From Eledone cirrhosa (taxonomy: Eukaryota), in assembly GCA_964016885.1 (NCBI GenBank), contig OZ024750.1, forward strand, positions 51,832,001 to 51,896,000: 64,000 bases of DNA, in the 5' to 3' direction. The notes under the pieces were generated by a model. The model was not told the DNA's origin. It ran no database searches and saw nothing but the letters and a program-made list of their open reading frames with translations. This document shows, piece by piece, positions 46,487 through 61,129 of the stretch. Numbering within the stretch: the stretch's first letter is position 1; each line of letters starts with the position of its first letter. The translations under genes were made by a program, and so were the position numbers.

Positions 46487-46499
46487 TGGTAAAAAACCG

Positions 46500-47000
46500 G
46501 GAGGGTATATCCGAAGTTGGTAGAGCACTCGGTATATTCCTATGCTAAAAATATGAAAGCCCACATCATCACCAGCCCCAAAAGATTTCCCCTACTTGGA
46601 TGCTCTTGCAGAAAGCCAAAATCCTGCCCTCTTCAACAACAGTGTAACACACCCGCAGTTGTCTACGGGGTTGAAGTTGACCGAATCAACAGCAGGGTTC
46701 AAAACATATTTAGGTATGTCAGAGGGTCGGTTTAAAGAACGCTTAACAATCAGACGATATTTAGACACTCTGATAAGTGATCGTCCACGAAGCTAGCTAG
46801 CCACGTATGGTCACTCAAGGATGAAGACGTGAATTTCTCCATTCAATGTATTCGGTGAGCCAAATCGAAGCCATAAGGAAATGGAGCAATGTCCTTTAAG
46901 TTGTGCATCGATGAAATAGTGAATATCTTGCAGAGGTTATGTAACAGTAATTGCTTTAACACAAGAACCGATTTTTTTAATCGCTGCCCCCACGTAACTG
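46500..47000 (+). mobile_element. Penelope-like GIY-YIG endonuclease fragment
   Basis: CSCRKPKSCPLQQQC..VVYGVEV and KTYLGMSEGRFKER, paralleling the C-terminus of the 17581-19359 ORF. Confidence 0.75.
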
Positions 47001-47223
47001 GAAGGACTCAGGACAACCAGAAGTTTAACCCAGACTGAACTATCACACGCGATCGTTCTTCAAAAGTTGTTCCCCCCACCTACCTAGTCTAACTGAGTTG
47101 TCCCTCTTGCTGTCAAACTACAGACATCTGACATCTGCTGCACAGAATCTAGCCAGCTCATATATACTTCCGCTCTCTCTATAACCATACACAATTTGAA
47201 ACTCTCTCTCTCTCTTTCAAGTG

Positions 47224-47266
<43 letters not shown>

Positions 47267-47270
<4 letters not shown>

Positions 47271-48269
47271 AATTAGACAATAATCAAAGTTGTGTTCAAA
47301 TCATTTAATAGCTGACAATCGTTTCTTCCAAACTTTTGTTTGGAGTCATCGGAGCATTATCAATGTTTGTACATATAATTAACCTTCTATTCAACTGAAC
47401 AATCATATAGATGCATATATATTGATATTGTGAGCAACAGTTTCGTATTTACAGGATGTACTGAATGCGACATATATTATACGAGAAGTGAACAAACATT
47501 TAAATTCAAATTAAAAGCACAGAGTGGAATACATGCAACAGATAATACAAGAAAATAGTCTAATAATTAAAGAGTCATTGAGAAAGAAGCATTGAGAGAG
47601 GAATAGTACATTAGCAATACATATGGAAGTGTGTAGAAAGTGCACATGCGTTAGTCTTATATATGAGAAGGAAATAAGCAAAGGTATTATGTATATATAG
47701 ATAAATAAATACTGTATGGTAAGCAAATATGTTAATGTATTAAAATCTTCGGCGGATGTAGTATGTTGATAGTGTTCGAATTTGTGTGTGTTGAGAAAAA
47801 CACAGTTACTGCAGTCCTTTCCATTACATATGTTGAATTATATTTTAGTTAATGTTTATATTGAATGTTTTAAGTTAGTTAAAGCAATGGATTGTATATT
47901 AGTCTTACTGTATTCTTATTCATCGATTACAGTTGTTCAACAGGTAGATTTTCCAACGGTTTAATTTCCGGAAGTGAGTATGTGATCCAAGATTAAGGGG
48001 AGCTAATGAGTAAGGGGAGGTAACTAGCTAATAAAATTCAATTATTTAAATTATTTGCTCTAATATACATTATAATGTGATACAAGTGAATCTCTATTAC
48101 ATAATGTTATATATTTATACTTAATTTTAAATAATTGTTCAGTTGAATAGGAGGTTAATTATATGTACAAACATTGATAATGCTCTGATGACTCCAAACG
48201 AAAGTTTGGAAGAAACGATTCTCAGCTATTAAATGATTTGAACACAACTTTGATAATTGTCTAATTTAT
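47267..48269. mobile_element. Fold-back element (~135-bp arms) with HHR motifs at 47311-47355 (-) and 48182-48226 (+)
   Basis: 47267-47403 is the reverse complement of 48134-48269. Consensus of the two arms: GCT CTGATGA cTCCAAAC gaaa GTTTGGAa GAAA C gatt G TC AGC. Confidence 0.8.
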
Positions 48270-48439
48270 TTTCCTGCTCTGTAAAACAACTGATGTTCTT
48301 ACATTGAGCTATTTCTCTTACTGGTAATATGGTAGTAATAAATTACTGACCTTTCCTGTTTATAGTTGTTTATAGTATATACATAACTATAAATATTATT
48401 ATTATTATATATACATATGTATATATCTATCTATCTAGG

Positions 48440-48650
48440 GCGAGTAAAATTCCCGAGATCCATTGACGAGTTCTCTCCAGCGGCTCTGTCCCTCATTATC
48501 GCTGCCATGTCCTGCGTCTCCAACAGATCAGTGTCTGGCCTCAGGACATCAACATATGTTAACTTCGGTCTTCCTCTTCCAGTGTGTCCATGCAGGGGCT
48601 CCCACAGAAGCACTGAGTGGATGTCGGTGAGCATGTCCAGCTAACCTCAG
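48440..48650 (-). mobile_element. RTE/RTE-X-type LINE 3' fragment
   Basis: VLLWEPLHGHTGRGRPKLTYVDVL..DT......AAIMRDR. Confidence 0.65.
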
Positions 48651-49277
48651 TTATATATACCGAGAGAGAGATTTCTTAAATCATCTAATAACCTTCCAAA
48701 TGTTTCAATACAATATATTTAAATAACACTAATGTTACAACAGTATAGTGCAAAAGGAGGAAATATATTAAACATAATGTATCATCAAATATTGTACTTC
48801 TTCAGAAGCAATATAAATGATAAAAACAAGTACCTGGTGAAGAGCAAGCCTGAAAGATAAAATTTGTTGTACCTTCGAAGTACTATATCTTTAATGTATA
48901 CTCTCAATCCATATATATATATATATATACAAGTTAATATAAATTAATATATATGATGAAACACAAATACCAACATATAAGTGTTTGTATTGTAAAAGAC
49001 TAAGTTAGCTAGATTGAAAAATACTAATTATAATAATACAGTTTGTCTGTCTCGATTTAAAATAATAAATCAATAAAAACAAACGATATTGGCAAATGGC
49101 CGTGGTACTTCGACAAATTTAAATTTCAAAATCAAACCTGTTCCGTAGATAAGTTTAAACTTCAAAATCCAAATAAGTTTCGAGATGAAAAAGTGAAAGA
49201 ATACCCCGTTCAGCTCTCCTCAGTAAGTACCCTGAACAATTGGTATGCTTCACTTCAAAATATTTAAAAATATTTAA

Positions 49278-49840
<563 letters not shown>

Positions 49841-49963
49841 CTGGCAACAACTGACTCACTTGATCGCCTTCCAGTCAAAAACATTTTTCTCTGTTATTTT
49901 ATCTTTCTATCCTTATATCCTCTTGGATTGTGTTTACCCTTTATTATATAACTATTATTCAAT

Positions 49964-50025
49964 AAACATCTGATGATGTCACCAGGATCTTACGGAACCT
50001 GGCCACTAAAATGTACATAGTGTTT
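49964..50025 (+). ncRNA. Minimal hammerhead motif with a GAAA->AAAA mutation
   Basis: AAACAT CTGATGA tgtcaCCAGG..CCTGGccact AAAA TGTACA TA GTGTTT; same family as 26035-26092. Confidence 0.6.
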
Positions 50026-50086
50026 GCTAAAAGAAATCTTTGAAGTAATTTTACCAGTACCGCCTCCTGTCTTTTTACTCAATAAT

Positions 50087-50159
<73 letters not shown>

Positions 50160-50162
<3 letters not shown>

Positions 50163-52183
50163 GAGGTTATATTTATTTTGTTGAGATTTAACAAGCTTAA
50201 AAATGTTATAACTGATATTAAGCACTCAACAGATTAGTGGAGTAAGTATTCAATATATTACCCCAAAGGTCTTAAAAATAATATAGAAAATTTTGAAAGA
50301 ACTGAAAAAATTCTTGTTAAATCTGATAAAACCAACAATCTTTGCGGAATGCAAAAGGACGATTATAATAATCTTATATTGAAGGAATTAAGTAAAAATT
50401 ACAAAAGAGCAACCAATGATGACCTTGAAAGACTAAATAGTGAAGCTTCTAATATAATGCAAGAATTAGGCATCGAAAATAGGACTCAACCCTTCATACC
50501 TAGAAAACCAAAAATTAATTTGAAAGACCACAAAAGAAATAATTTTGAAATAGAATTACCAGTTAGAATTATTGCACCATGTAAATTGGACCTTGGCATA
50601 GATAGCAAAAATATCTTAGCTATAATCATACCGCAACTTAAAGAAATATCTTACTTAAAATTATGGAATGGGACTAATGAAGTTATAGACTGTTTTAAGG
50701 ACATAAAATATAAGCATAACAATAAGTTCATTCAATTGGATATTGCTAATTATTACTCATCTATCACTCCTAATTTACTTAATAAAGCCGTTACATACGC
50801 ATTTAAATATACTGATTTATCGAGCGATGAAATGCACATCATCTTAACTGCACGTAAAACCTTAATTAAATTTAACAACCATCTTTGGACTAGAGCAGAT
50901 AGGGACAACAATTTCGATATTACTATGGGGTCATCGGACTCGGCGCAATTAACGGATCTTGTGGGGATTTTTATTAACAATACTTTACATAGAAAAATAC
51001 CAGAGATAACCGGTGGTTTATATCGTGACGATATGCTATTACTTATTGAAAATAAAAATAATTGTGGAATCAATAGGAAAAGAAAATCAATAATACAATT
51101 TTTTAATAGCTTTAATCTGATGGTAGAAGTAGAGAATAATTATAAAATAGTTAATTTTTTAGATGTAACTTTAAACCTTAATACTGGTCTTTATTATCCA
51201 TTTCATAAAATCAATGAGAATTTAAACTACGTTAACTTTAATTCCAATCACCCGAGATCCGTTAAAAACACTTTTGTAAATTCCGTACAGCAACGTATTT
51301 CTAGAATTTCAGCGAATAAAAATATATTTGAAGATAAGGCACAATATTATAACGAAACTTTAAGTATAGCAGGCTATAATAATTAAATTAAATACATTGA
51401 TAATAAAGATATGCCATCTAACCATAATTATAATTATAATTATAATACGAAACCTAGCACTAACTCTAAAATTAAAAGAAGAAATAGAACTAGAAATATA
51501 TTATGGTTCGCTCCCCTTTCTCATTAAGTATTAAAACTCCAATAGCTAAACTATTTTTTAAAGCTCTAGATAATTGTTTCCCCAAGACACATAGGTATCA
51601 CTCAATCTTTAATAGACATACAATTAAACTATCATATTCTACCACTATGAATTTAGCGCAGAATATAAATAGAATTAATAATAGAAGCTTAAAACTTAAC
51701 CAGAATAGCATTAATACCTCTAGCAATATCCAATATAATGATACGGTTCCCAATCCAATAATATAAATTACGATAAATGTAATTGTAGAAATAAATTTAA
51801 CTGTCCTTTAAATAATAACTGTTTAGTTAAAAATGCAGTATACAATTGCAATGTCAAAAGCAATGATAATTCCTTTAACTATGTCGGCTCTACTTCGACA
51901 GACTTCAAATCTCGTTTCAATAACTATAAATGTTCCTTTACGAATATTGGTAAAAAAAATCTTCAACTTCTCTATCCAACTTATTATGGAACTTAAAATC
52001 CAAGAATATAAACTATTCTTTATCTTGGAATATTGTCTCCAAAGCACCATCCTATGCAGCCTATGCGTCGAAGAGAGATTTTTTATACTAAAATGTAAGA
52101 ACTCTATTAATTTGCGTAATAATTTATTTAGTTCTTGTAAACATCGTTTAAATTCAACTTTTAGATATGTATATAAAATGTAA
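50160..52183 (+). mobile_element. Penelope-like retroelement (AT-rich, RT plus GIY-YIG, frameshifted)
   Basis: KSDKT, LKDHK, QLDIANYYSSI, MGSSDSAQLTDLVG, LYRDD, NFLDVTL, SNHP, CNCRNKFNCPL, NYVGST..FKSRF, CSLCVEE. Confidence 0.9.
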
Positions 52184-53769
52184 TATATGGTCAATCTTCC
52201 TTACATAACGTTTTCTATATCCAAACACCTATAAACTCATCCCTCCGATTATATCTATATATGATTCAAGAATTTAATATAATTCTAACCGTAATAACTT
52301 CCTAAATATATAAAATACACTTATAAAATTTTTAATTTACTCCTTAAAACCTTTACTTTCTAATATTTCTACTTCATAAATATACTTTTTTGGAGGTAGG
52401 ATTGATAAGTGTAATCACTTATCAATCCTACCTGCAAAAAATATATCATAACCTTTTTTATATGACTACTTGAAATTCTTTTAAGAAAAGGTTTTGAAAA
52501 TTCTAAAAATTTCTTTTGAAAGACTTTCTGAAAATTTTTGAAAGATACGGAAAAAACATTATTTTCATATCTTCCAATATTTTAAACATTTTTAATATTT
52601 ATGTATTTTCATATATATCCAAATATTTATATTATTCATATATATGTGGAATAATCTGTGTTACGTTTTAATTATATTTTAAGATGAATTTTTATACTTT
52701 TTATAATTCTTTTAACTTTTTTAAAAGATGTTTATCTATCCTTGGAGTCATTTGAGTTTTTTTTAAAATCCCTTTTAACTTCCTTTAAACTTCCTTATTG
52801 TTTTTATAATCTCAATTTTTATAGTCTTAATTTATAGTCTGAATTTTTAAATGGTTTTAATATATACTTCTAATTAATTACTTATTCCTTTGTAAACTCT
52901 CGTAAATGTTCGTAATTTTTGGAATTATTTGGATGTTTCAGATTTGACTTACAACTATTAATAAATTCTGGCTAAATATAATTTTGCCAAACATACTTTA
53001 ATCAAATAAATTATACTAGATGTTTTCCAATGTAAAATACTATACATTTAAATAATTTATCATCTATAACATAACATACCCATCTAAACCCATATATTAT
53101 TAATACATCTTAATATATTTTAAATACTTCTTTTTGCAATATATCTTATTTTAATTAAATTTTAATTAAATTTTTAATTAAATTCTAACAATATTTTTTT
53201 ATCCTTAATTTAATTTTTTAACTTATTATAAATATTATAAACATAGCATAATGAACGTTATATTTACGTTCTGAGTATTCATCCATGTAAAACTTATTTC
53301 GTCGTTCGCTTCGCTTCTCTTCACTATCACTATGCATAATCTTGTCTTTCCTTCTTCTCTCTTTCTCTTTTCTTCTCTCCCTTTCACTATTCTTTCTCCA
53401 TCCCTTTCAATATTTTTTCTCTCTCCCTCTCAATATTTTTCCCTCTCCCTTTTACATCTCCTTTCTTCCAACAGTTTAATTTAAATAAACCGTTGTTTTT
53501 TCAATTTTTCTGACACTCATTTGCATACTCACTCATAACTTTGTATCACCCACAATGAAATATTATCCCCACTATCCAGGGAACTTCAACCGTTAAGGTT
53601 GTCTTTTTTCTGGGTATGTCAATATTTATTTATAAAACAAATCTGTATTTTATCTGATGAAAGCGCTCCATAATTTGCCTTGGTTGCCCTTGAAATATAT
53701 ATAATAAAATAATTATGGTTTTATAAATATAGTTTCCATTTATTAATATATTGTATATATGGATATATT

Positions 53770-53957
53770 GGCGGTGGATTGGCAGTATCGGTAGAGGGTC
53801 GGACGCCATGCTTTCCAGCATAGTTACATCCCTTTACAATCTGAGTTCAAATCCCGTCGAGGTTAACTTTGCCTTTCATCCTTACGGGGTCGATAAAATA
53901 AAGTACCAGTAATGCACTGGTTAATTGCTGGCCTTGTGCCTAAAGTAGAAACAATTA
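53770..53957 (+). mobile_element. tRNA-derived SINE, copy 6
   Basis: Same family. Confidence 0.85.
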
Positions 53958-53987
53958 ATATATTGTATATATATATATATATATATA

Positions 53988-56900
53988 TATTGTTATACTT
54001 GGGGAGGGTCATAGTTGTGTAATAATATTGCCAGAATTAATAATAGAACACACTCACTGTTTGGTTGGTTTTCGCTTCAATGTCTTTTATATCGGTTAAT
54101 TTCATTTATTCGGTCCTCAATGTTGCCATTTACTGACCAACGGTCAAAAATACAGATACAATATAGACACAAACACATATATAGTCTATCAAAGTTCTTT
54201 CGTTGCACATCTGCAACATCGTCAGTGGTGCTATTATGTTTCCTCCCGTTGCATTGTATGCTTACGCCATCTTTATTTAGTCTGTTTATTTATTTATTTA
54301 TTTTTTTACTTTTTTGTCTTTTCTGCGCATGCGTTTGCGTGTGTGTATAGTGTTTTGTTTGATGTGTGTTCTTGTTTGGGTGACTGTGTATTGGTTAATG
54401 TATTCTATCTTAGTTTACTAGTGTGTGTTTATATGTGTTTGTTGTTATTGTGCTTGTGTATGTATTTATTTATTTATTTATTTATTTATACTTCTCTTAG
54501 GTCAGTGTTGTTTGTTTAGGTGTTGTTGTTATTCCATTCATTTTTTCTGTTTAGCCTTGGCCTTCTAAGTTCTATTTCGCTGGCCTCTCTGATTTGCCTA
54601 TCTGCTGGGTCATTTCTATGTTTATATATCATTCTAACTTCTATGTTGTCTATGTTACCATTGTGTTGTTGTCTGGCATGTTCGTATAATACTGAACCGT
54701 TTTTTCGTCCTTTTAGTTCCCCCACTGTTGGTCTATCCTTTCACCTATGCTACGAGCTGTCTCGCCTTTATATGCTGTTGTCATGTTTCTGCAAGTACCC
54801 TCTGTACATCTTATGCTATAGACAACGTTTCTAGTTTTACAGTTTATCCGGGGGTTTACTCTACATATGATACATTTCCTATTAGTACAGTAGGTTTTCT
54901 TAAAAGGGTAGGTTTTGCTGATCAGGGATTTTATGGTGGTTCCTGGCTTTTCTACCATCTTTAAGTGGGCCTTTCTCAGGGCCTTTCTACACTGGTTAGC
55001 TAATTTCCCTCCAGGGGTAGCGTCCACAAACATGACACTCTGGTATCTATGGTTGTCGTACCATGATGTGCCTTTCCCTGTCTTATGTCTAGTCCTATCT
55101 AAGCTATTCCATGATTTGCTCCTGTATAATGGGCAAATACCTTTCATGTCCAGTTCTATGAGGATCTTATACTTCTCCGTGGCTCCTTCGTATACTTTGA
55201 TTCTGTCTCTTTGGTTGTAGTCAGAGAACTGGATGCGGTTGATGAAGTGCTGGGTGTGTCTTTCCATTTCTGTTGGGTCGCACATGCGGGACACGTTCTT
55301 TATCATTCGTACCAAGTCTGCGATCAGAATATTAAACCTAGCACTACTGGACAATGCTGAGTTTTTGAGTATCAAGTATTTGGAGGCCATGGGTTTAGCA
55401 TAGTGTGAGTGGAGAATTTGGGCTCTCTCGTATATAGTGTTAATCCAGATTTCCGTGTCTAATACAGGTAGTCTATTGTTAGGGCGTTTGGAAAGGTTGT
55501 CGATAGTTACAGTTATACTCTGGTGTATGGAATTAGCTATCTGCTGGATGCTTTCCATTGTGCTACGTTCTAAATCAAACTTGTTAGTGCTCTCTTGTGG
55601 GGATGTCCTTATTACTATATTGATGTCGTCTACGTAACGAGAGTACATGATGAGGTCTATGGAGCTCTCATCAAGGAGATCTTTGAGTCTCCTTTCCCAC
55701 CATACCATAAAAAGGTTGGCAACGTCACCAGCTATGCTGACGCCAATGGCTGCTCCCTCATTTTGGGTGTAGATCTTCTCGTTGAACTTGAATATGTGGC
55801 CCTTTAGGGTAGTATTGATACTAGCCCCTATTGCATGTGCGACCATTTTTCTTATCTGATCATTGTTTTGGGGGGGTCCGTATAGCTTTGGTCCACCCAA
55901 TCCACCTTCCCATGGGAGTCTTTTTTGCCATTGAGGTTATGGTGGGGAGGGTCTACCTCATATGGGTCTACTGGGGCAGAAACGTCTAAGGTCATGGCTG
56001 TCTAGGTAGTCAGTGTCGTAGGTAAGTCTAAGTAGGAGGCCCAGTTCGTCTGTGTCGACGTCGCAGAACTCCACCTCACTCTCAATGATCATCTCCACAC
56101 ATTTTTCCACATCAAAATCAATGTTAATGGATGGGTACAGTGATACCACATCCATACTGCCTATTATGCAGTTGGATAGGTTCCTGTTTTTGTTGCACTC
56201 ACTGATTCTGCTGAGGAGGTCCTCTGTACTGTCACATACACCTGGGGTACATTTTTATTATGGGGCGTATAACCATTGAGAGGAAGTAAGAGATCCTGTA
56301 GTTGCTAGCTATATTAGCTCCGCATACAGGTCTTGTTGGTGATCCTGTTGTCGGGTCGTCGACTGTCTTGTGGTCTTTGCAAGGGTGGTATGCCATTGTT
56401 GGACGCCTGGAAGATGTTGGCAGTGCGTCTGCTTGGCTTTAGGATGTCGGTACACATCATCATGTGAGCGTTGAGGATTTTCTCTCTCCCATCATGTATT
56501 TGCTGTGCAATTTTGCTCGTGTTGGTGATGTGGGGTTGCATAGCCTTGATGTAGTTCGGCATGTTGTCTATTGACATCCTACCAGACTTATCCGTGGGTA
56601 GACATACTACCTCACCATCCATTGTGCGCTGCTTGAGGCTAACCAAGCCTTCTACAGGTTTCCTCCCAAGTTGTTGGACCTCTGGTCTGCTCTGTCTCTT
56701 AGTATACCGGTCTACTATTTGTCTAATCTTATTTCTAGCTATGGTGAACTGTGCCTCTGTCTCGTCATCTATTTGTTGTGGTATGCAAACTCTTTTATTA
56801 AAGGGTAACCTCGTAGGATAGATATTACCCATCTTATATGTTTTGTCAGCAGGGTTGAAGAATAGTTTCTCTAAGGGGTTGTCATTATATCTATCGTCAT

Positions 56901-58636
56901 ACTTGTGTGTGTTGCTATTATTGTTATTATGGTGGTTGTTGTTGTTCCTATCATTAGCATTATTATTATTGTTACGATTGCTAGATGTATTGTTGCTGTG
57001 ATTGTTAGATGTATTGTTGTTATGATTGTTAGATGTATTGTTGTTATGATTGCTAGATGTATTGTTGTTGTTTTCTCCACCGTTATTGTTGTTGTTACTG
57101 TTATTTCTACCATTGTGGTTGTTACTTTTATTATGTTTCTTGTTTTTGTTGTGTCTATCATTAATGTGCTACATATATTATTTCTATTATTATAAGGGCG
57201 GTGGATTGGCAGTATCGGTAGAGTGTCGGACGCCATGCTTTCTAGCATAGTTACGTCCCTTTACGATCTGAGTTCAACCGAGGTTAACTTTGCCTTTCAT
57301 CCTTATGGGGTCGATAAAATAAAGTACCAGTAATGCACTGGGTAATTGCTGGCCTTGTGCCTAAAGTAGAAACAATTATTTCTATTATTACCACTGTGGT
57401 TGTTGTTGTTGTTATTCGTATTGTTACCGTTATTACTACTGTGGTCGCTGCTGCTGTGTCTGTAGTTAATGTTTCTATTATTATTATTATTGTGGTTGTT
57501 GTTGTTGTTCTGTCTATCGTTAATATTATTACCATTATTACTATTTCTCACTCTCCTGCTATTGTTATTGTTATGACTATTACTATTATAGCTGTTATTT
57601 CTATACTCAGAGTTATTGTTTATATTACTACTACCGTTATTATTGTTGTTGTTGTCCGTATTGTTGTTGTTGTTGTCCGTATTGTTGTTGTTGTTGTTTA
57701 CTTTTGCATTCCAACGTATTTTTGTGAAACACTTTTCCAGCTCCGTTTTGCACTCAATAGGGTTAATCTTTTTGTAGATGGCAAATTTTGGTGGTAGCTG
57801 CAGGATTTGTTGTTCTTGTTCACTGATTAAAGTGTTCCCATAAATATTTACTGTGTGGTCATTGGTAAATTCTTCCGGTAGTTCTACATCAGTCATTGTT
57901 GATGTTATCTGGGTATTTTTGTGAATATTCTATTTTCCTTTCTTCTAGTTTTTTTCTTATTCTAATTTCTTATTGAAATGCCTATTGCATTCGTTTCGGG
58001 CGTATTTCGTTAGATAGGACTAAACATAAGATAGGGAAAGCCACCTGATGGTACGACAATCAGAGATACCAGATTGTCGTGTTTGTGGACGCTACCCCTG
58101 GAAGGAAATTAGCTAACCAGTGTAGAAAGGCCCTGAGAAAGACCCACTTAAAGATTAAAGGTGGTAGAAAAGCCAGGAACCACCATAAAATCCCTGATCA
58201 GCAAAACCTACCCTTTTAAGAAAACCCACTGTACTAATAGGAAATGTATCATATGAAGAGTAAACCCCCGGATAAACTGTAAAACTAGAAACGTTGTCTA
58301 TAGCATAAGATGTACAGAGGGTACTTGCAGAAACATGACAACAACATACATAGGCGAGACAGCTCGTAGCAAAGGTGAAAGGATAGACCAACACTGGGTG
58401 GAACTAAAAGGACGAAAAAACGGTTCAGTACTATACGAACATGTCAGACAACAACACAACGGTAACATAGACAACATAGAAGTTAGAATAATATCTAAAC
58501 ATAGAAATGACCCAGCAGATAGGCAAATCAGAGAGGCCAGCGAAATAGAACTTAGAAGGCCAAGGCTAAACAGAAAAAAATGAATGGAATAACAACAATA
58601 CAAAAACAAACAACACTGACCTAAGAGAAGTATTAA

Positions 58637-58683
<47 letters not shown>

Positions 58684-59162
58684 ATACACAAGCACAATAA
58701 CAACAAACACATATAAACACACACTAGTAAACTAAGATAGAGTACATTAACCAATACACAGTCACCCAAACAAGAACACACATCAAACAAAACACTATAC
58801 ACACACGCAAACGCATGCGCAGAGAAGACATAAAAGTAAACAAATAAATAAATAAATAAACAGACTAAATAAAGATGGCGTAAGCATACAATGCAACGGG
58901 AGGAAACATAATAGCACCACTGACGATGTTGCAGATGTGCAACGAAAGAACTTTGATAGACTATATATATATGTGTTTGTGTCTATATTGTATCTGTATT
59001 TTTGACCGTTGGTCAGTCAATGGCAACACTGAGGACGGAATAAATTAAATTAACCCATATAAAAGACACAGAAGCGAAAACCAACCAAACAGTGAGTGTG
59101 TTCTGTTATTAATTCTGGCAATATTATTACACAAATATGACCCTCCCCAAGTATAACAATAT
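53988..59162 (-). mobile_element. Penelope-like retroelement with ~1.1-kb inverted terminal copies of its 3' end (ORF remnants 57896->54516)
   Basis: LQLPPKFA, PTDKSGR, DVVSLYPSI, GAAIGVSIAGDVANLFM, YSRYVDD, LPVLD, C..C, NVVYSIRC...YIGETARS..ERI.QH, RQIREA. 53988-55102 is the reverse complement of 58010-59162. Confidence 0.9.
57196..57379 (+). mobile_element. tRNA-derived SINE, copy 7 (inside an AAT/AAC-rich tract of the PLE)
   Basis: Same family, with a small deletion after the B box. Confidence 0.85.
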
Positions 59163-59202
59163 TTGTTTCGACACACGATTTCATATCAAAAACCTCGCAA
59201 AA

Positions 59203-59251
<49 letters not shown>

Positions 59252-59619
59252 GTTGGTGTTGGCCCCGTTGTTCCGCCTTCCTTTACATTTTCTTTAATAT
59301 TGTAACATTAAAAGAATATATCTCTGAAAGAATCGCGAGCTATTTATAATGTTGTCTCAGTATTTGTAATGTTAATTATGTATATATTTAAAACATATTT
59401 GTTATGTTATTATGCTGTAAATTTATTTATATGCTCTGTTTATATTTTCATTCTGAAAGAATTGCAAACGATTTGTAATGTATTTATGAAATAAATTTAT
59501 ATAATATTAATATAATTAAAATTTAGAATATAAGAGCTATATATATAAACGTTTGGGGTTAGAAGGACAGAACAATGCAGATTTGGAGAGAGAATATAAA
59601 TGGAAAAAAATAACACTGA

Positions 59620-61069
59620 CAATTAGTCTTTTACCTTAATTTATTCATATATCCTGATATTTCAAGATAATATCTCTTCGTCTCAGGAAATTAAAGGGGT
59701 TAATCCAGTGTTCGAAGTGGGCTGCTAAGTGGGTTGCCAAGTCATGCTGACCGGAAGTAGTATAAAGTTCTATTCTACTTCTAATGTCAAAGAGTGAAGT
59801 TTTGAGCCGGTCAAGTGAATAAAGAGTTGTCTCCCTTTAAAGGGTTTGGATATGTATGTCTAAGTGTGTGTGTGTGTGTGTGTGTAAGAGAATACGTAAA
59901 GGTGTAAGCATGCGTGTGTGTGTGAGTGTGAGAGGATACGTGGAGATGTAAATATGAGGACTAGGTGCTCTATCATGTTAAAAATTGGGTGTTGAGTTCT
60001 AATCTATTATTGATTGGTGGTTGCGTTTTGTCTATAATTAGTGCTTCTTTAATTTTAAGATTGCCGAGGTTTCTTTCCTTAGCTTCTATCCTAACTATTA
60101 TTTTTTGTTGGTGTTTTTACATTTCACCAGGTGTTTCTTAAATGAGGAAGCATTAGTGTTGAGGTATTCTTTTATTCTTATGTGAAGTTGTCTGGTGGTG
60201 CTACCTACGTAGAAGTTGCTACATTTGTCGCACTCTAATCTGTAGACGACGTATGCCTGGTGGCATAGGTCTGTGTCGTCGATGGGGCAGTTGGCCAGCG
60301 TGCAGCGGCTGGCTTGTCTGGTGGAGTGTCTCTTGGCTATCTGTCCGCGTAGAGAGGGTCCTGAGTTGGCTAGCTGGATATCTAATACCTCTCGTCTGAT
60401 GGCCTTGCGGATAGTCGTTGTAGTTTCATCAGTGAAGTGTTGGAGCTTCAGGAAGCAGGTGTTAGTGCTTCGAGTGTGGTGTCCTCTGTTGTTTCTGGTA
60501 CGATTCGCGGTGGACGTCGCGTATCCATTTAGTTTAAGTACTTCCAGGAAGTGTGTGGTGTGTGTGTCTCGGTCTCTTGCGTCGGTGCATTTGTTCCGGA
60601 TACGTGTCACTTCGTTCCTTAGGTATCTGAACTTGGCACGGAGTGGGAGAGCCGACCTAAAATGGACGAACAGGTTCCTGCTGGCGGCTTTTTTATAGAA
60701 GCAGGTGTGGATGTCGCCCTGAGTTGGAAGTCCAATAGGAGTAGGGATCCACGGTCATCGGGGTGTTCCATGCTGAACTTTATATTGGCGTCCATGCTGG
60801 AGAATGTCATCTACATATCGGGTGAAGAAGGTATAGGAATGGCAGGTGTTGAGGGCTCGGCATTCCAGCTGGTTCATATAAGTGATGGCCAGCAGGCCCG
60901 ATAGGCTGGATCCCATGGGTAATCCTGTTGTCTGTCTGTATGTGTGGTGGTGGAAGGTGAAGTATGTGTTGTCCACCGTGAAGGACAAAAGCTGGTGTAT
61001 GTCCGTCGGATGGAGACCGTAGCAATGGACGTCTTCGGCGACCACGCAGTGGGAAAGTTTACAGTTCAC
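59620..61069 (-). mobile_element. Penelope-like retroelement 3' portion (RT C-terminus, GIY-YIG, 3' UTR)
   Basis: YRQTTGLPMGSSLSGLLA, TRYVDDI, IKFSME, LLLLD, NGY, YVVYRLEC..FYVGSTTRQLHIRIKE. The left boundary is approximate. Confidence 0.85.
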
Positions 61070-61129
61070 AATTTCCAGTTAAATTTAAACGAAACTTACC
61101 GAGCGAGCTCAGCACATGTGTCCATCGTA

